From Bacilli bacterium (lineage in GTDB: Bacteria > Bacillota_I > Bacilli_A > RFN20 > CAG-826): a DNA stretch of 64,000 bases. Shown one piece after another: positions 28,674 through 37,441 of the stretch. The position numbers and the translations under genes are program-made. The stretch is from the NCBI GenBank assembly GCA_017479485.1, contig JAFVCC010000084.1, positions 17,958 through 81,957 of the forward strand. The letters run 5' to 3'. The notes below the pieces were generated by a model. That model was not told where the DNA came from. It ran no database searches and saw only the letters and a program-made list of their open reading frames with translations. Each line of letters opens with the position of its first letter. The first letter of the stretch is position 1.

Positions 28674-30544
28674 ATCAGGTTCCTTTTCCGTAGCGTCAAC
28701 AATAATACCGAAACATCGGCGGGATTAACACCGCTGATGCGACTGGCTTGCCCGATGGATACGGGTCGTACGGCATCGAGTTTTTGCCTGGCCTCTAAGC
28801 GCAAGCCATCCATATGCAAATAGTCGAGATCGGCGGGGAGGAGAATACTTTCCTGCTTTAAGAGATTCTCCGCGTCCTTCTTCTGCTTCACGATATAGCC
28901 TTCGAACTTCACTTTGGTCTCAAGGGATAAAATCGCGTCTTCGTTGAGGCCAAAATCCTCAAGGCCATCCATCAACGGCAAAAGATCCACGTAATGGAAT
29001 TCCGGACGCTTTAAAAGCTCGATGCCCTTAAATCCTTTGTTCTCATATGGGACGCCACGAGATGCAAAAGCCTCTTTAAGCCCCTCCTTATTGGAGACGA
29101 TGGTCTTTTCCAAGAACTCGATTGCCCTAGCGATCGCACGTTGTTTGGCCTTGAAACGGGCGTAACGTTCTTCGCTAAGCAAACCGATTTCATGGCCGAG
29201 TTCGGATAAACGCTCATCTGCGTTATCGTGACGAAGCAATAAACGGTATTCGGCGCGGGAAGAGAGCAAGCGGTATGGCTCGTCCGTTCCTTTGGTCACG
29301 AGGTCATCGATCATGACGCCGATATAGGATTCGTGACGCTTCAAGATAATCTTGCTTTTGCCCTGGATTCGCCGCGCGGCATTAATGCCCGCTAATAAAC
29401 CCAGGCCTGCCGCTTCCTCATAACCTGAGGTGCCGCAGATCTGTCCAGCGATATATAAGCCGGGGATGCGTTTGACCATCAAGGTCGAATCGAATTCTTC
29501 CGGACGCACCGCGTCATATTCAATCTGATATGCGTATTTAAGAATTTCCGCATGCTCGAGCCCCGGCAAAGAATGGACCATTTTTTCCTGCACTTCTTTG
29601 GGCATGGCCGTCGAGAAGCCTTGGAGATAGAAGGACTCACCTTCGAGGTATTCGGGCTCTAAGAAAAGCTGGTGACGCGGTTTATCCGCAAAGCGCACCA
29701 CTTTGGATTCGATGCTCGGGCAATAACGGGGGCCCGTGGAATTGATGACGCCATTAAACAGGGCGGAATCATCGAGGTGCTCGCGGATGATGGAAAGGGT
29801 CTCATCGCTCGTATAAATAAGGTAGCAAGGCAATTGCTTTTCTAACGGAGTAAAGACATCGGTCGCATAGGAGAAGGCGAGTTCTCCATCCATCCCAGGC
29901 TCAATCGAGGCGCAGGAAAAATCAATGGTCGACTTCTTAAGTCGAGGGGGCGTTCCGGTTTTTAGCCTCCACGTCGCGACGCCAAGGCGGTGTAAGGCGC
30001 CGGTCAGTTGCAAAGAGGCAGGCTCCCCATCGGGGCCCTCATCTTTTCCTTCTGAGCCCGTATAGACGCGGGCATTAAGGTAAGTTCCGTTGCAAAGAAT
30101 GACCGATTTCGCACGCAAAAGCCCGTTCTTTTTCAAAATAACACCGCAAATGACGCCTTGATCTACGCAAAGATCTACCGCTTCATCTTCAACGATATCT
30201 AAATGCTTACTCTTTTTAAGCAAGGATAGAATCGCTCGAGGATAGAGCACTTTGTCTTGCTGGGAACGAAGGCATTGGACCGCAGGGCCTTTGCCGGTAT
30301 TGAGCATCTTGATTTGGAGGGGGCGCTCATCCGCGGCGATGCCCATGATGCCGCCGAGGGCGTCGACTTCGCGCACAACCACCCCTTTCGCGGAACCGCC
30401 GATATGGGGATTGCAGGGCATGTTCGCGATTTTTTCGATGCTCAGGGTCACCAAAAGAGTGCTGAGCCCCAGCTGAGACGTCGCATGGCTCGCTTCAGCG
30501 CCGGCATGGCCGCCGCCGATGACGATGACATCGTAGTCGCGCAT
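28670..30544 (-). CDS. mnmG: tRNA uridine 5-carboxymethylaminomethyl modification enzyme MnmG
   Basis: 624 aa. FAD-binding 'VIVIGGGHAGAEA' and GidA-family blocks throughout. Confidence 0.95.
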   Translation of the reverse strand: MRDYDVIVIGGGHAGAEASHATSQLGLSTLLVTLSIEKIANMPCNPHIGGSAKGVVVREVDALGGIMGIAADERPLQIKMLNTGKGPAVQCLRSQQDKVLYPRAILSLLKKSKHLDIVEDEAVDLCVDQGVICGVILKKNGLLRAKSVILCNGTYLNARVYTGSEGKDEGPDGEPASLQLTGALHRLGVATWRLKTGTPPRLKKSTIDFSCASIEPGMDGELAFSYATDVFTPLEKQLPCYLIYTSDETLSIIREHLDDSALFNGVINSTGPRYCPSIESKVVRFADKPRHQLFLEPEYLEGESFYLQGFSTAMPKEVQEKMVHSLPGLEHAEILKYAYQIEYDAVRPEEFDSTLMVKRIPGLYIAGQICGTSGYEEAAGLGLLAGINAARRIQGKSKIILKRHESYIGVMIDDLVTKGTDEPYRLLSSRAEYRLLLRHDNADERLSELGHEIGLLSEERYARFKAKQRAIARAIEFLEKTIVSNKEGLKEAFASRGVPYENKGFKGIELLKRPEFHYVDLLPLMDGLEDFGLNEDAILSLETKVKFEGYIVKQKKDAENLLKQESILLPADLDYLHMDGLRLEARQKLDAVRPVSIGQASRISGVNPADVSVLLLTLRKRNLI

Positions 30545-30547
30545 CCT

Positions 30548-31939
30548 TTATCCTACCGACCCCGTCATGTCCATCTTGATGAGCTGGTTGAGCTCGACCG
30601 CGTATTCCATCGGGAGTTCCTTGGCAAAGGGTTCGATGAAACCCATGACGATCATTTGGGTGGCCTCTTTTTCATTTAATCCGCGCGACATGAGGTAGAA
30701 AAGCTGCTCCTCGTTGATCTTGGAGACGGTCGCCTCATGCTCAATATAGGATTCTTCGTTGAAGATTTCGTTCTTCGGAATGGTGTCGGATTTGGAGATA
30801 TTGTCGAGGAGCAAGGTATCACATTCAACGTGCGAACGTGAACCCGTCGCATCTTTGCCCATGCGAACGGTGCCACGGAAATTGGCCACGCCGCCATTAT
30901 GGACGACGGATTTGGAAATGATGGACGAAGAGGTGTTCTTGCCCAGATGAATCATCCTCGCGCCAGAATCTTGGAATTGGCCTTTGTTGCCGACGGCGAT
31001 GGTGATGGTCGATCCGCGGGCTCGGTCGCCTTTTAAAACGCAGGCCGGGTACTTCATCGTGGTCATCGAGCCGATATTGCCATCGACCCACTCCATGAAG
31101 CCGTCCTCATCGACATTCGCGCGCTGGGTAACGAGATTCAAAATGTTCGTGGACCAGTTTTGGATGGTCGTATAACGGACGTGCGCCCCTTTGCAGACGA
31201 CGATTTCCACCACGCCGACGTGGAGGGAATCTTTGGAATAGGTCGGGGCGGTGCAGCCTTCCACGTAATGGATGTCCGCGCCTTCGTCCGCGATGATGAG
31301 GGTGCGCTCAAATTGGCCGGTCTTTTCGTTGTTGATACGGAAATAACTCTGCAAAGGCTTCTCCAATTTGACGCCTTTGGGGACATAGATGAACGAGCCG
31401 CCGCTCCAACAGGCGCCGTTAAGGGCAGAGAATTTCGAGTCGGCGATCGGGATAACGGTGCCGAAATATTTTTTGAAGATTTCCGGGAACATCTTAAGTC
31501 CCATATCGGTGGAAAGGAAGATAACGCCCTTCTCCTTCACTTCTTCTAGCATGTTATGGTAGACGACCTCGGACTCATATTGGGTGGAGGCGCCGGAAAG
31601 GAATTTTTGCTCCGCTTCGGGAATGCCAAGCTTTTGGAAGGTCTCTTTCACCGTTTCGGGAACGTCTTCCCATTTATTGGATTCCTTATCCGAAACGCGG
31701 GTGAAGTACGTGTAGGTACCATAATCCATATTGAGTTTCGGACCGAAGGAAGGATCGGGCATCTTGGTGAAAGCGCGATAGGCTTTGAGACGGAATTCGA
31801 GCATCCACTCCGGCTCGCCTTTGCTTTTCGAGATCTCGCGGACGACGTCTTCGTTTAAGCCGACGCCCGTGTTGAAAATGGAGACGTCCTCGTCCTTGAA
31901 GCCATAGGCGTATTCTTCTTCGAACGTCTTATCACTCAT
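30548..31939 (-). CDS. sufB: Fe-S cluster assembly protein SufB
   Basis: 463 aa, SufB/SufD beta-helix family, full length. Confidence 0.93.
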   Translation of the reverse strand: MSDKTFEEEYAYGFKDEDVSIFNTGVGLNEDVVREISKSKGEPEWMLEFRLKAYRAFTKMPDPSFGPKLNMDYGTYTYFTRVSDKESNKWEDVPETVKETFQKLGIPEAEQKFLSGASTQYESEVVYHNMLEEVKEKGVIFLSTDMGLKMFPEIFKKYFGTVIPIADSKFSALNGACWSGGSFIYVPKGVKLEKPLQSYFRINNEKTGQFERTLIIADEGADIHYVEGCTAPTYSKDSLHVGVVEIVVCKGAHVRYTTIQNWSTNILNLVTQRANVDEDGFMEWVDGNIGSMTTMKYPACVLKGDRARGSTITIAVGNKGQFQDSGARMIHLGKNTSSSIISKSVVHNGGVANFRGTVRMGKDATGSRSHVECDTLLLDNISKSDTIPKNEIFNEESYIEHEATVSKINEEQLFYLMSRGLNEKEATQMIVMGFIEPFAKELPMEYAVELNQLIKMDMTGSVG

Positions 31940-32402
31940 GGTGATGCTCCTTTAGTAGCTGTTCTATGGCATCCCAGCCGATGGTCGCGCAGTGGATGCG
32001 CGCGGCTTGCTTGCCGGTGTTCATGAAGGCGAGGGCTTCTTCCAAAACCGAGGAATCATAGGGCTCCTCACGCATCATTTTGTGGTACTGATCGATGAGG
32101 TAATGGGCTTCTTCTTCGGTTTTGCCCAAAACGAGATCGCAGATGATATCACTTGAAGCGGTGGAAATCGCGCAGGCGGTGCCGTTCCAGCACGCATCCT
32201 CGACCTTGCCTTCGCCATCAAACTTCAAGTAGACATCGATGTCATCGATGCAGTTGACGGAGGAAGAGTGGGTGGAAAAATATCCTTCGCCATCGGGACT
32301 TATCTTGTGACGAGGGGAACTATAATGATCCATGATGATTTCCCGCATCATCGCGGGAGTTAACTCAAAAGTAGGCATCGAGAAAATCTCCTCCTTGTTC
32401 AA
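31932..32402 (-). CDS. sufU: Fe-S cluster assembly sulfurtransferase SufU (IscU-like)
   Basis: 156 aa with conserved Cys ligands in the '[11 protein letters not shown]' and 'HCAT' blocks. Confidence 0.88.
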   Translation of the reverse strand: MNKEEIFSMPTFELTPAMMREIIMDHYSSPRHKISPDGEGYFSTHSSSVNCIDDIDVYLKFDGEGKVEDACWNGTACAISTASSDIICDLVLGKTEEEAHYLIDQYHKMMREEPYDSSVLEEALAFMNTGKQAARIHCATIGWDAIEQLLKEHHHE

Positions 32403-33591
32403 TGGCGTCGACGAGGGCGTCGATATCTTCGCGCGTCGTATAGAGATAGAAGGAAGCGCGCACGGTGGCGACGGTTCCTAAGTCTTCGGGCAGCATCTTC
32501 GCGCAGTGTTGCCCCGAGCGGCAGGCGATGCCTTTGGAATTGAGCAGCGTCGCCTCGTCTTGGGCGAAGACGCCATCGACGTTAAACGTCACAATTCCCG
32601 TGGGGGCATCCGCATTATAAAGGGTAACCTTGCCTGTTTTTTCCAGGCGTTCCACCGCATATTTCTTAAGGTCGCGTTCATGGGCCTCGATGTTTTCCAT
32701 GCCGATGGAAAGCAGATAATTCACTGCAGCCTCTAAGCCATAGATGCCCGCGATATTGAGTGTCCCCGCCTCGAATTTCATCGGGGGTGGAAGGAAGGTC
32801 GCAGTGGCGTCAGGGAAGAACTTCACGTTCATGCCGCCGCCGGTTTCAAACGGGTCCATCGCGTCAAGCAAAGCGTATTTTCCGTAAAGCACACCCGTGC
32901 CCGTAGGACCGCAAAGTTTATGGCCAGAGAAGGAAAGGAAGTCGCAATCGAGGTCCTTGACGTCAATCTTCATATGGGGTACCGATTGAGCGCCATCGAC
33001 GACGAGCAACGCATGATGCTCATGGACTAGTTTCGCTATTTCCTTAATGGGAGCGACGTATCCAAGGACGTTCCCCACGTGGGCAAAAGAAACAATTTTG
33101 GTACGCTCCGATAAAACGGAAGATAGAGCTTCAACAGTAATCTGCTTATCTTTCAAAGGAATAAAGACGACTTTTGCCCCCGTAAGCTCTGCGATGCGGA
33201 ACCAAGGAAGCATGGTGGAAGCATGTTCGGCGTGGCTTAATACAATCTCGTCCCCAGGTTTTAGGAATTTCAGACCATAGCCATAGGCGACAAGGTTCAT
33301 GCCGTCGGTCGCGCCGCTGGTGAAAACTATTTCGTTTTCCTCCGCTCCAAGAAAGGAAGCGAGGGTGCGCCGCGCGCCTTCGATATGTTTATCCGCCGCG
33401 AAGCATAAATCGTAATCGCCGCGATGGGAATTGGATGTTTCGTCTTGGTAATAACGGTTCATCGCGTCGATGACGCAATCCGGCTTAAAGGTCGTCGAGG
33501 CATTATCAAGGTAGACGAGGGGGTGGCCCTGCATCTTCTTCCCCGAACGAAGCATGGGGAAATCATCGCGGACTTTGGACACGTCGAACAT
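32365..33591 (-). CDS. sufS: cysteine desulfurase SufS
   Basis: Class-V aminotransferase. PLP lysine in 'SFSGHKLCGPTG' and active-site Cys in 'RSGQHCA'. Start at MFDVSKV (ATG 33591). Confidence 0.92.
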   Translation of the reverse strand: MFDVSKVRDDFPMLRSGKKMQGHPLVYLDNASTTFKPDCVIDAMNRYYQDETSNSHRGDYDLCFAADKHIEGARRTLASFLGAEENEIVFTSGATDGMNLVAYGYGLKFLKPGDEIVLSHAEHASTMLPWFRIAELTGAKVVFIPLKDKQITVEALSSVLSERTKIVSFAHVGNVLGYVAPIKEIAKLVHEHHALLVVDGAQSVPHMKIDVKDLDCDFLSFSGHKLCGPTGTGVLYGKYALLDAMDPFETGGGMNVKFFPDATATFLPPPMKFEAGTLNIAGIYGLEAAVNYLLSIGMENIEAHERDLKKYAVERLEKTGKVTLYNADAPTGIVTFNVDGVFAQDEATLLNSKGIACRSGQHCAKMLPEDLGTVATVRASFYLYTTREDIDALVDAIEQGGDFLDAYF

Positions 33592-33592
33592 A

Positions 33593-34264
33593 TCAAAAGC
33601 CCCCTTCGATGCATTCTTTGATGCGCTCGCCGAGTTCTCCATCATAATGGGCGAGAACCGGCTTCAGATAGCCGAGAGTCAATAACCGTTTCGCGGTAGG
33701 AAGGTCAATGCCACGAGAAAGCATGTAGAAAAGATGCTCATCCGATAGTTTTCCCACGATTGCGGAATGAGAGGCTTCGACATCATTTTCATCGATGCGA
33801 AGAATCGGCGAGCACTTGCCGACGGCACCTTTATCGAAGACGATCACTTTTTCTTTTTGAGAGGTGGAGGAGCGGGCCATATGCTCGTGAATATGGCTGG
33901 TACCGATGAAGGTCATACGGCTTTGTTCCATGGCGATTCCATATTGGGCAATATCTGCCTTGGTAAGGGGGGATAAATGCTCGGCTGAAGTGTCAATGGT
34001 CTTATTGGAATCACCATTGCCAATACCGGCATAATGCCAGCTGGCATTCGCGCCTTCGCCAAGGAGTTCAACCACGAGGGAAAAACGGCCGTTACCTCTG
34101 GAAAAATCAGCAAAAGCACCGTCAAAAGTGCCACCTTTTTTCACTTTAACGCGAATATTTGCACTCGGAAAAACCGTGAAGCTCGCCAAACGTAGCATGC
34201 ACGTTTCGCCTTCTCCAACGACGAGGTCTAAATCTTTGATATTTTCGTCAACCAAAGTAAGCAT
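33593..34264 (-). CDS. sufD: Fe-S cluster assembly protein SufD, short form (~224 aa; beta-helix plus C-terminal part only)
   Basis: SufBD-family C-terminal half ('...HLFYMLSRGIDLPTAKRLLTLGYL'). No room for an N-terminal half because sufC ends at 34267. Confidence 0.75.
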   Translation of the reverse strand: MLTLVDENIKDLDLVVGEGETCMLRLASFTVFPSANIRVKVKKGGTFDGAFADFSRGNGRFSLVVELLGEGANASWHYAGIGNGDSNKTIDTSAEHLSPLTKADIAQYGIAMEQSRMTFIGTSHIHEHMARSSTSQKEKVIVFDKGAVGKCSPILRIDENDVEASHSAIVGKLSDEHLFYMLSRGIDLPTAKRLLTLGYLKPVLAHYDGELGERIKECIEGGF

Positions 34265-34266
34265 GA

Positions 34267-35079
34267 TTATTTGCCGATGGCCTCCCGAGTGGCGCAGGTT
34301 CCAATGGAGATGAGAGCATCTTCCTTCTCGACGGGGATGCCGAGTTCCGTCTTGATCCATTCGTAGCCTTGGGTGTCGATCTTCTTGATGAGTTCCGGCC
34401 CGCCCGTAACGGCGATGCGGCCATTGACCATCACCGCGACATCATCGGGCGAGATGAGGTCATAAAGTCTCGCATAGTGGGAGACGACCAAGAATCCTCT
34501 GCCCTTCTTCTGCTCATCGCGGATGGCGGCGGAAACCACTTGGAGAGCGTCGACGTCTAAGCCCGAATCGATTTCATCCAACATGGCTAAGCGCGGTTCG
34601 AGCAATTTGAGCTGAAGGATTTCGTTGCGCTTCTTTTCGCCGCCGGAGAATCCTTCGTTGAGATTGCGGGTGGACATCTCAAAGGGAATGCCCATCTCTT
34701 TGTAGGCGGTCTGCATCTTGGAATAAAACTGGAATAGCGACATCGGCTTGTCGCGGCGGACGTTCATCGCCGCCTTGAGGAAATCCGCCGAATTGACGCC
34801 AGGAATCTCAGAAGGATACTGCATGGCCAAGAAAAGGCCCAGTTTGGAGCGCTGGTCGACGCTTAAAGCCAAGACGTCCACGTCATCGAGGAACACCTTT
34901 CCCTCGGTGACTTCATAGTTGGGATGGCCCATTAACGAGAGCAGCAGCGTGGATTTTCCGTGGCCGTTAGGGCCCACAAGCGCGGTGGTGCGTCCCTCCT
35001 GGACGTCGAGCGTCACGCCTTTAAGAATCTCTTTGCCGCCGACTTTGACGTGCAGGTTTTCAATGTGCAAGGTGGCCAT
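34267..35079 (-). CDS. sufC: Fe-S cluster assembly ATPase SufC
   Basis: Walker A 'GPNGHGKST', signature 'FSGGEKKR' and Walker B 'AMLDEIDSGLD'. Start at MATLHIENL. Confidence 0.93.
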   Translation of the reverse strand: MATLHIENLHVKVGGKEILKGVTLDVQEGRTTALVGPNGHGKSTLLLSLMGHPNYEVTEGKVFLDDVDVLALSVDQRSKLGLFLAMQYPSEIPGVNSADFLKAAMNVRRDKPMSLFQFYSKMQTAYKEMGIPFEMSTRNLNEGFSGGEKKRNEILQLKLLEPRLAMLDEIDSGLDVDALQVVSAAIRDEQKKGRGFLVVSHYARLYDLISPDDVAVMVNGRIAVTGGPELIKKIDTQGYEWIKTELGIPVEKEDALISIGTCATREAIGK

Positions 35080-35239
35080 AGCATCTCCTCCTAGTGCGGC
35101 CATAATTCTAATCATTCGCCCTTCCGCTTGCCAAACAATATGATAAATTCGTGTACAAAGATTTATCTTTGGTCGGATTTTTGAGCCAAGAAGCGCCTCC
35201 TTCTCAAGAGATGGAAATTTTGGGCGCGGAATTCTGTTG

Positions 35240-35254
35240 TAACAATAATTGTTA
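35240..35254. promoter_or_regulatory. perfect 7-1-7 inverted repeat TAACAATaATTGTTA overlapping the -35 of a TTGTAA-17-TATGAT promoter of the lipoprotein operon
   Basis: Read directly from 35237..35265. It has the same 7-1-7 architecture as the Fur/PerR/Zur boxes of Bacillota, with a different half-site. Confidence 0.4.
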
Positions 35255-35308
35255 AAGTATATGATTTACCCGCTACGTTTCAGTTACGTAAGGAGGAACG
35301 AGTCACGT

Positions 35309-37441
35309 ATGAAAAAAAGTAAACTCACCCTCGGCTTGGTAACATCGCTTCTCAGCATCGGCGCTCTCGCCGCCTGCAACGAGGTAACCTACGCCGATGG
35401 CGTTGTGCTGGAATATACGGACGCTCAGGGGAAACAAGTACAGTTCACCGCCGAAGAGCTTTTCGGCGAGCAGTACTCGAGCAGCGTCGCCAGCACGGAC
35501 TTCGATAGCATCTACGAAGTCTTGATTCGAAAGTACTACCAGTCCGGCAACGGTCAACAAGCCCTTGCGACGCTTAAAGGTCAGGCGGAAAAGGATGTCC
35601 AAGACATCAAAGACCAGGCCTACAAGAACGCGAACAGCAACGGCACCACCTACGCCGAAGAATTCTCCAAATTGCTTTCGAGCAACAATGTTGAGAACGT
35701 CCAAGAGCTCTATGAAGCCAAACTCTATGAACGCGAGAAAAAGCGTTTTGAAGATGACTTCCAGACCGATGAAAAGATCGAGAGCATGCGCGACGGCACC
35801 GTCGAGGAATTCAAGAAATCCGACGTCTACGGCGCCGGCTCCGACGGCTATCTCGTCGAACAGATGCCCTACACCATCTCCCATATTTTGGTGAAACTTG
35901 GCAGCGCCACCAACGGCGAGCACGCCCAAGCCACCATTTCCGAATCGGAATCCCGCAAGCTCGGTCAGGTCATCGAGCTTCTCGCTGGCGCCAAGCTCGA
36001 CGACCCCGCTACCGCATCTGCGACCCGTACCACCTTTGGCATGATCGCGAAGCAGAACTCCGAAGACACCGGTTCCGCCGAGAAATACGGCCAGCTCGAT
36101 GTCATGGACCGCGACCAAGCGGACTCCTTCATCAATGAGTTCAAGTTCGGCATCTACGCCTACGAGGCGATCTACAACCAGATCAACACCGACGAGACCA
36201 AGAACGCCTATGCCGCGAAGAAGACCCTTCACGCCAACTCGCAGAAGGAATACGCGTTGACCAGCAAGATCAAATTCTCTGAAGACGCGACCTACACCGA
36301 CCGTTCGCTCGCCCAGACCGCTGAAGAAAAGGCCGAACTCGCAGAAGGCGAGCACTACCTCAAGAATTACTTCACCGGCACTGGCGCTGGCGCCAATATC
36401 CGCACCATTCCCTATGGCGCGGCGGTGGCTCTTGCCAAAGAGGATGTCGCCAAGAACGAATTCAAAGTCGATGGCACCGACAAGCTCATGAGCTGGGACG
36501 TCAACGGCAACTCCGCGACCTTCTACCCGCGTAATATCCTCTTTAATAAATACTTCAACGACCATAAGGTGGCCGTCATCGTCCCCAACGAGATTCCTTA
36601 CAACGATTCCACCATCGACAACATCTCGGGCGACAACTACACCACCGAAAACTTCGCCGGTGTGGCCAAAGCCGAATATGAAGCTCTCCCTGGCTTCCAA
36701 GAGGTTGAGGCTCTCGGCGGACAAAAGGTCCTTACCACCGAAAAAGGCCAAGTCATCTTGGTCGTCCGTGGCGGTTCTTCCGGTTCTTATGAAGGCATTC
36801 ACTTCATGGTCATCGACCGTTCTGCGCTCGAGCAGTACGTCCGCATCGACGCGACGAAGCAGTACAGCTCCACGATGATCACCGAGACAGAGTACAACGA
36901 GAAGAAGAACAGCGACAACGTCAACTCCCTCTCTGAGTTCTACACCATCCACACCCCGAAGGAAGCTGCCTTCCCGACCTATACTGATAGCGAGAGCAAC
37001 ATCAAAGAGAAGACGACCTACGTCAACCAACTCCACGCCCCGGACAACACCTATAGCGCCAACGCGAAGACCCTGAGGGACAAGATCAAAGGTTACAACT
37101 CCAACAAGGATACCTTCATGTTCCAGCAGCTCGTCGAGCGCGGCAACATCAATTTCAAGTCCAACGCCATCGCCACCTCGGCCAAGAACCTCATCGAATC
37201 TTGGATCCGTAGCAAGCGCGATAAGAGCGTCATCGACGCTTCCGAAAGCTTCGACAAGACCTGGGCCACTTACATTGAATACCTCACTGCCCAAGACCAG
37301 GCCCGTGAACGTAACGCCGAAGGCACGCAACGCCTCATCTCCGAGACCTGCGCCATCGGTTACAACAAAGCCAGCTCCAACAAGGACAGCGCCACTTGGG
37401 CTGACATCTGGAAAAACGGAGGTGCCTGCTATGCGAAATAA
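35309..37441 (+). CDS. large lipoprotein (~710 aa) with an embedded parvulin-like PPIase segment (PrsA-like)
   Basis: Signal peptide plus lipobox 'LLSIGALAAC'. Strong SD 'AAGGAGG' upstream. An internal 'YTISHILVK...SEDTGSAEKYGQLDVM' block resembles the PrsA parvulin motifs (ASHILV ... S.DS.S...GG.LG.F). Confidence 0.8.
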   Translation: MKKSKLTLGLVTSLLSIGALAACNEVTYADGVVLEYTDAQGKQVQFTAEELFGEQYSSSVASTDFDSIYEVLIRKYYQSGNGQQALATLKGQAEKDVQDIKDQAYKNANSNGTTYAEEFSKLLSSNNVENVQELYEAKLYEREKKRFEDDFQTDEKIESMRDGTVEEFKKSDVYGAGSDGYLVEQMPYTISHILVKLGSATNGEHAQATISESESRKLGQVIELLAGAKLDDPATASATRTTFGMIAKQNSEDTGSAEKYGQLDVMDRDQADSFINEFKFGIYAYEAIYNQINTDETKNAYAAKKTLHANSQKEYALTSKIKFSEDATYTDRSLAQTAEEKAELAEGEHYLKNYFTGTGAGANIRTIPYGAAVALAKEDVAKNEFKVDGTDKLMSWDVNGNSATFYPRNILFNKYFNDHKVAVIVPNEIPYNDSTIDNISGDNYTTENFAGVAKAEYEALPGFQEVEALGGQKVLTTEKGQVILVVRGGSSGSYEGIHFMVIDRSALEQYVRIDATKQYSSTMITETEYNEKKNSDNVNSLSEFYTIHTPKEAAFPTYTDSESNIKEKTTYVNQLHAPDNTYSANAKTLRDKIKGYNSNKDTFMFQQLVERGNINFKSNAIATSAKNLIESWIRSKRDKSVIDASESFDKTWATYIEYLTAQDQARERNAEGTQRLISETCAIGYNKASSNKDSATWADIWKNGGACYAK

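Noticed and set aside
35209-35253. Cys-rich micro-ORF MEILGAEFCCNNNC on the plus strand overlapping the 7-1-7 palindrome.
   Set aside because: It has no Shine-Dalgarno sequence (the upstream sequence is CCTCC on this strand). It lies within the promoter/operator region. It is most likely a chance ORF.
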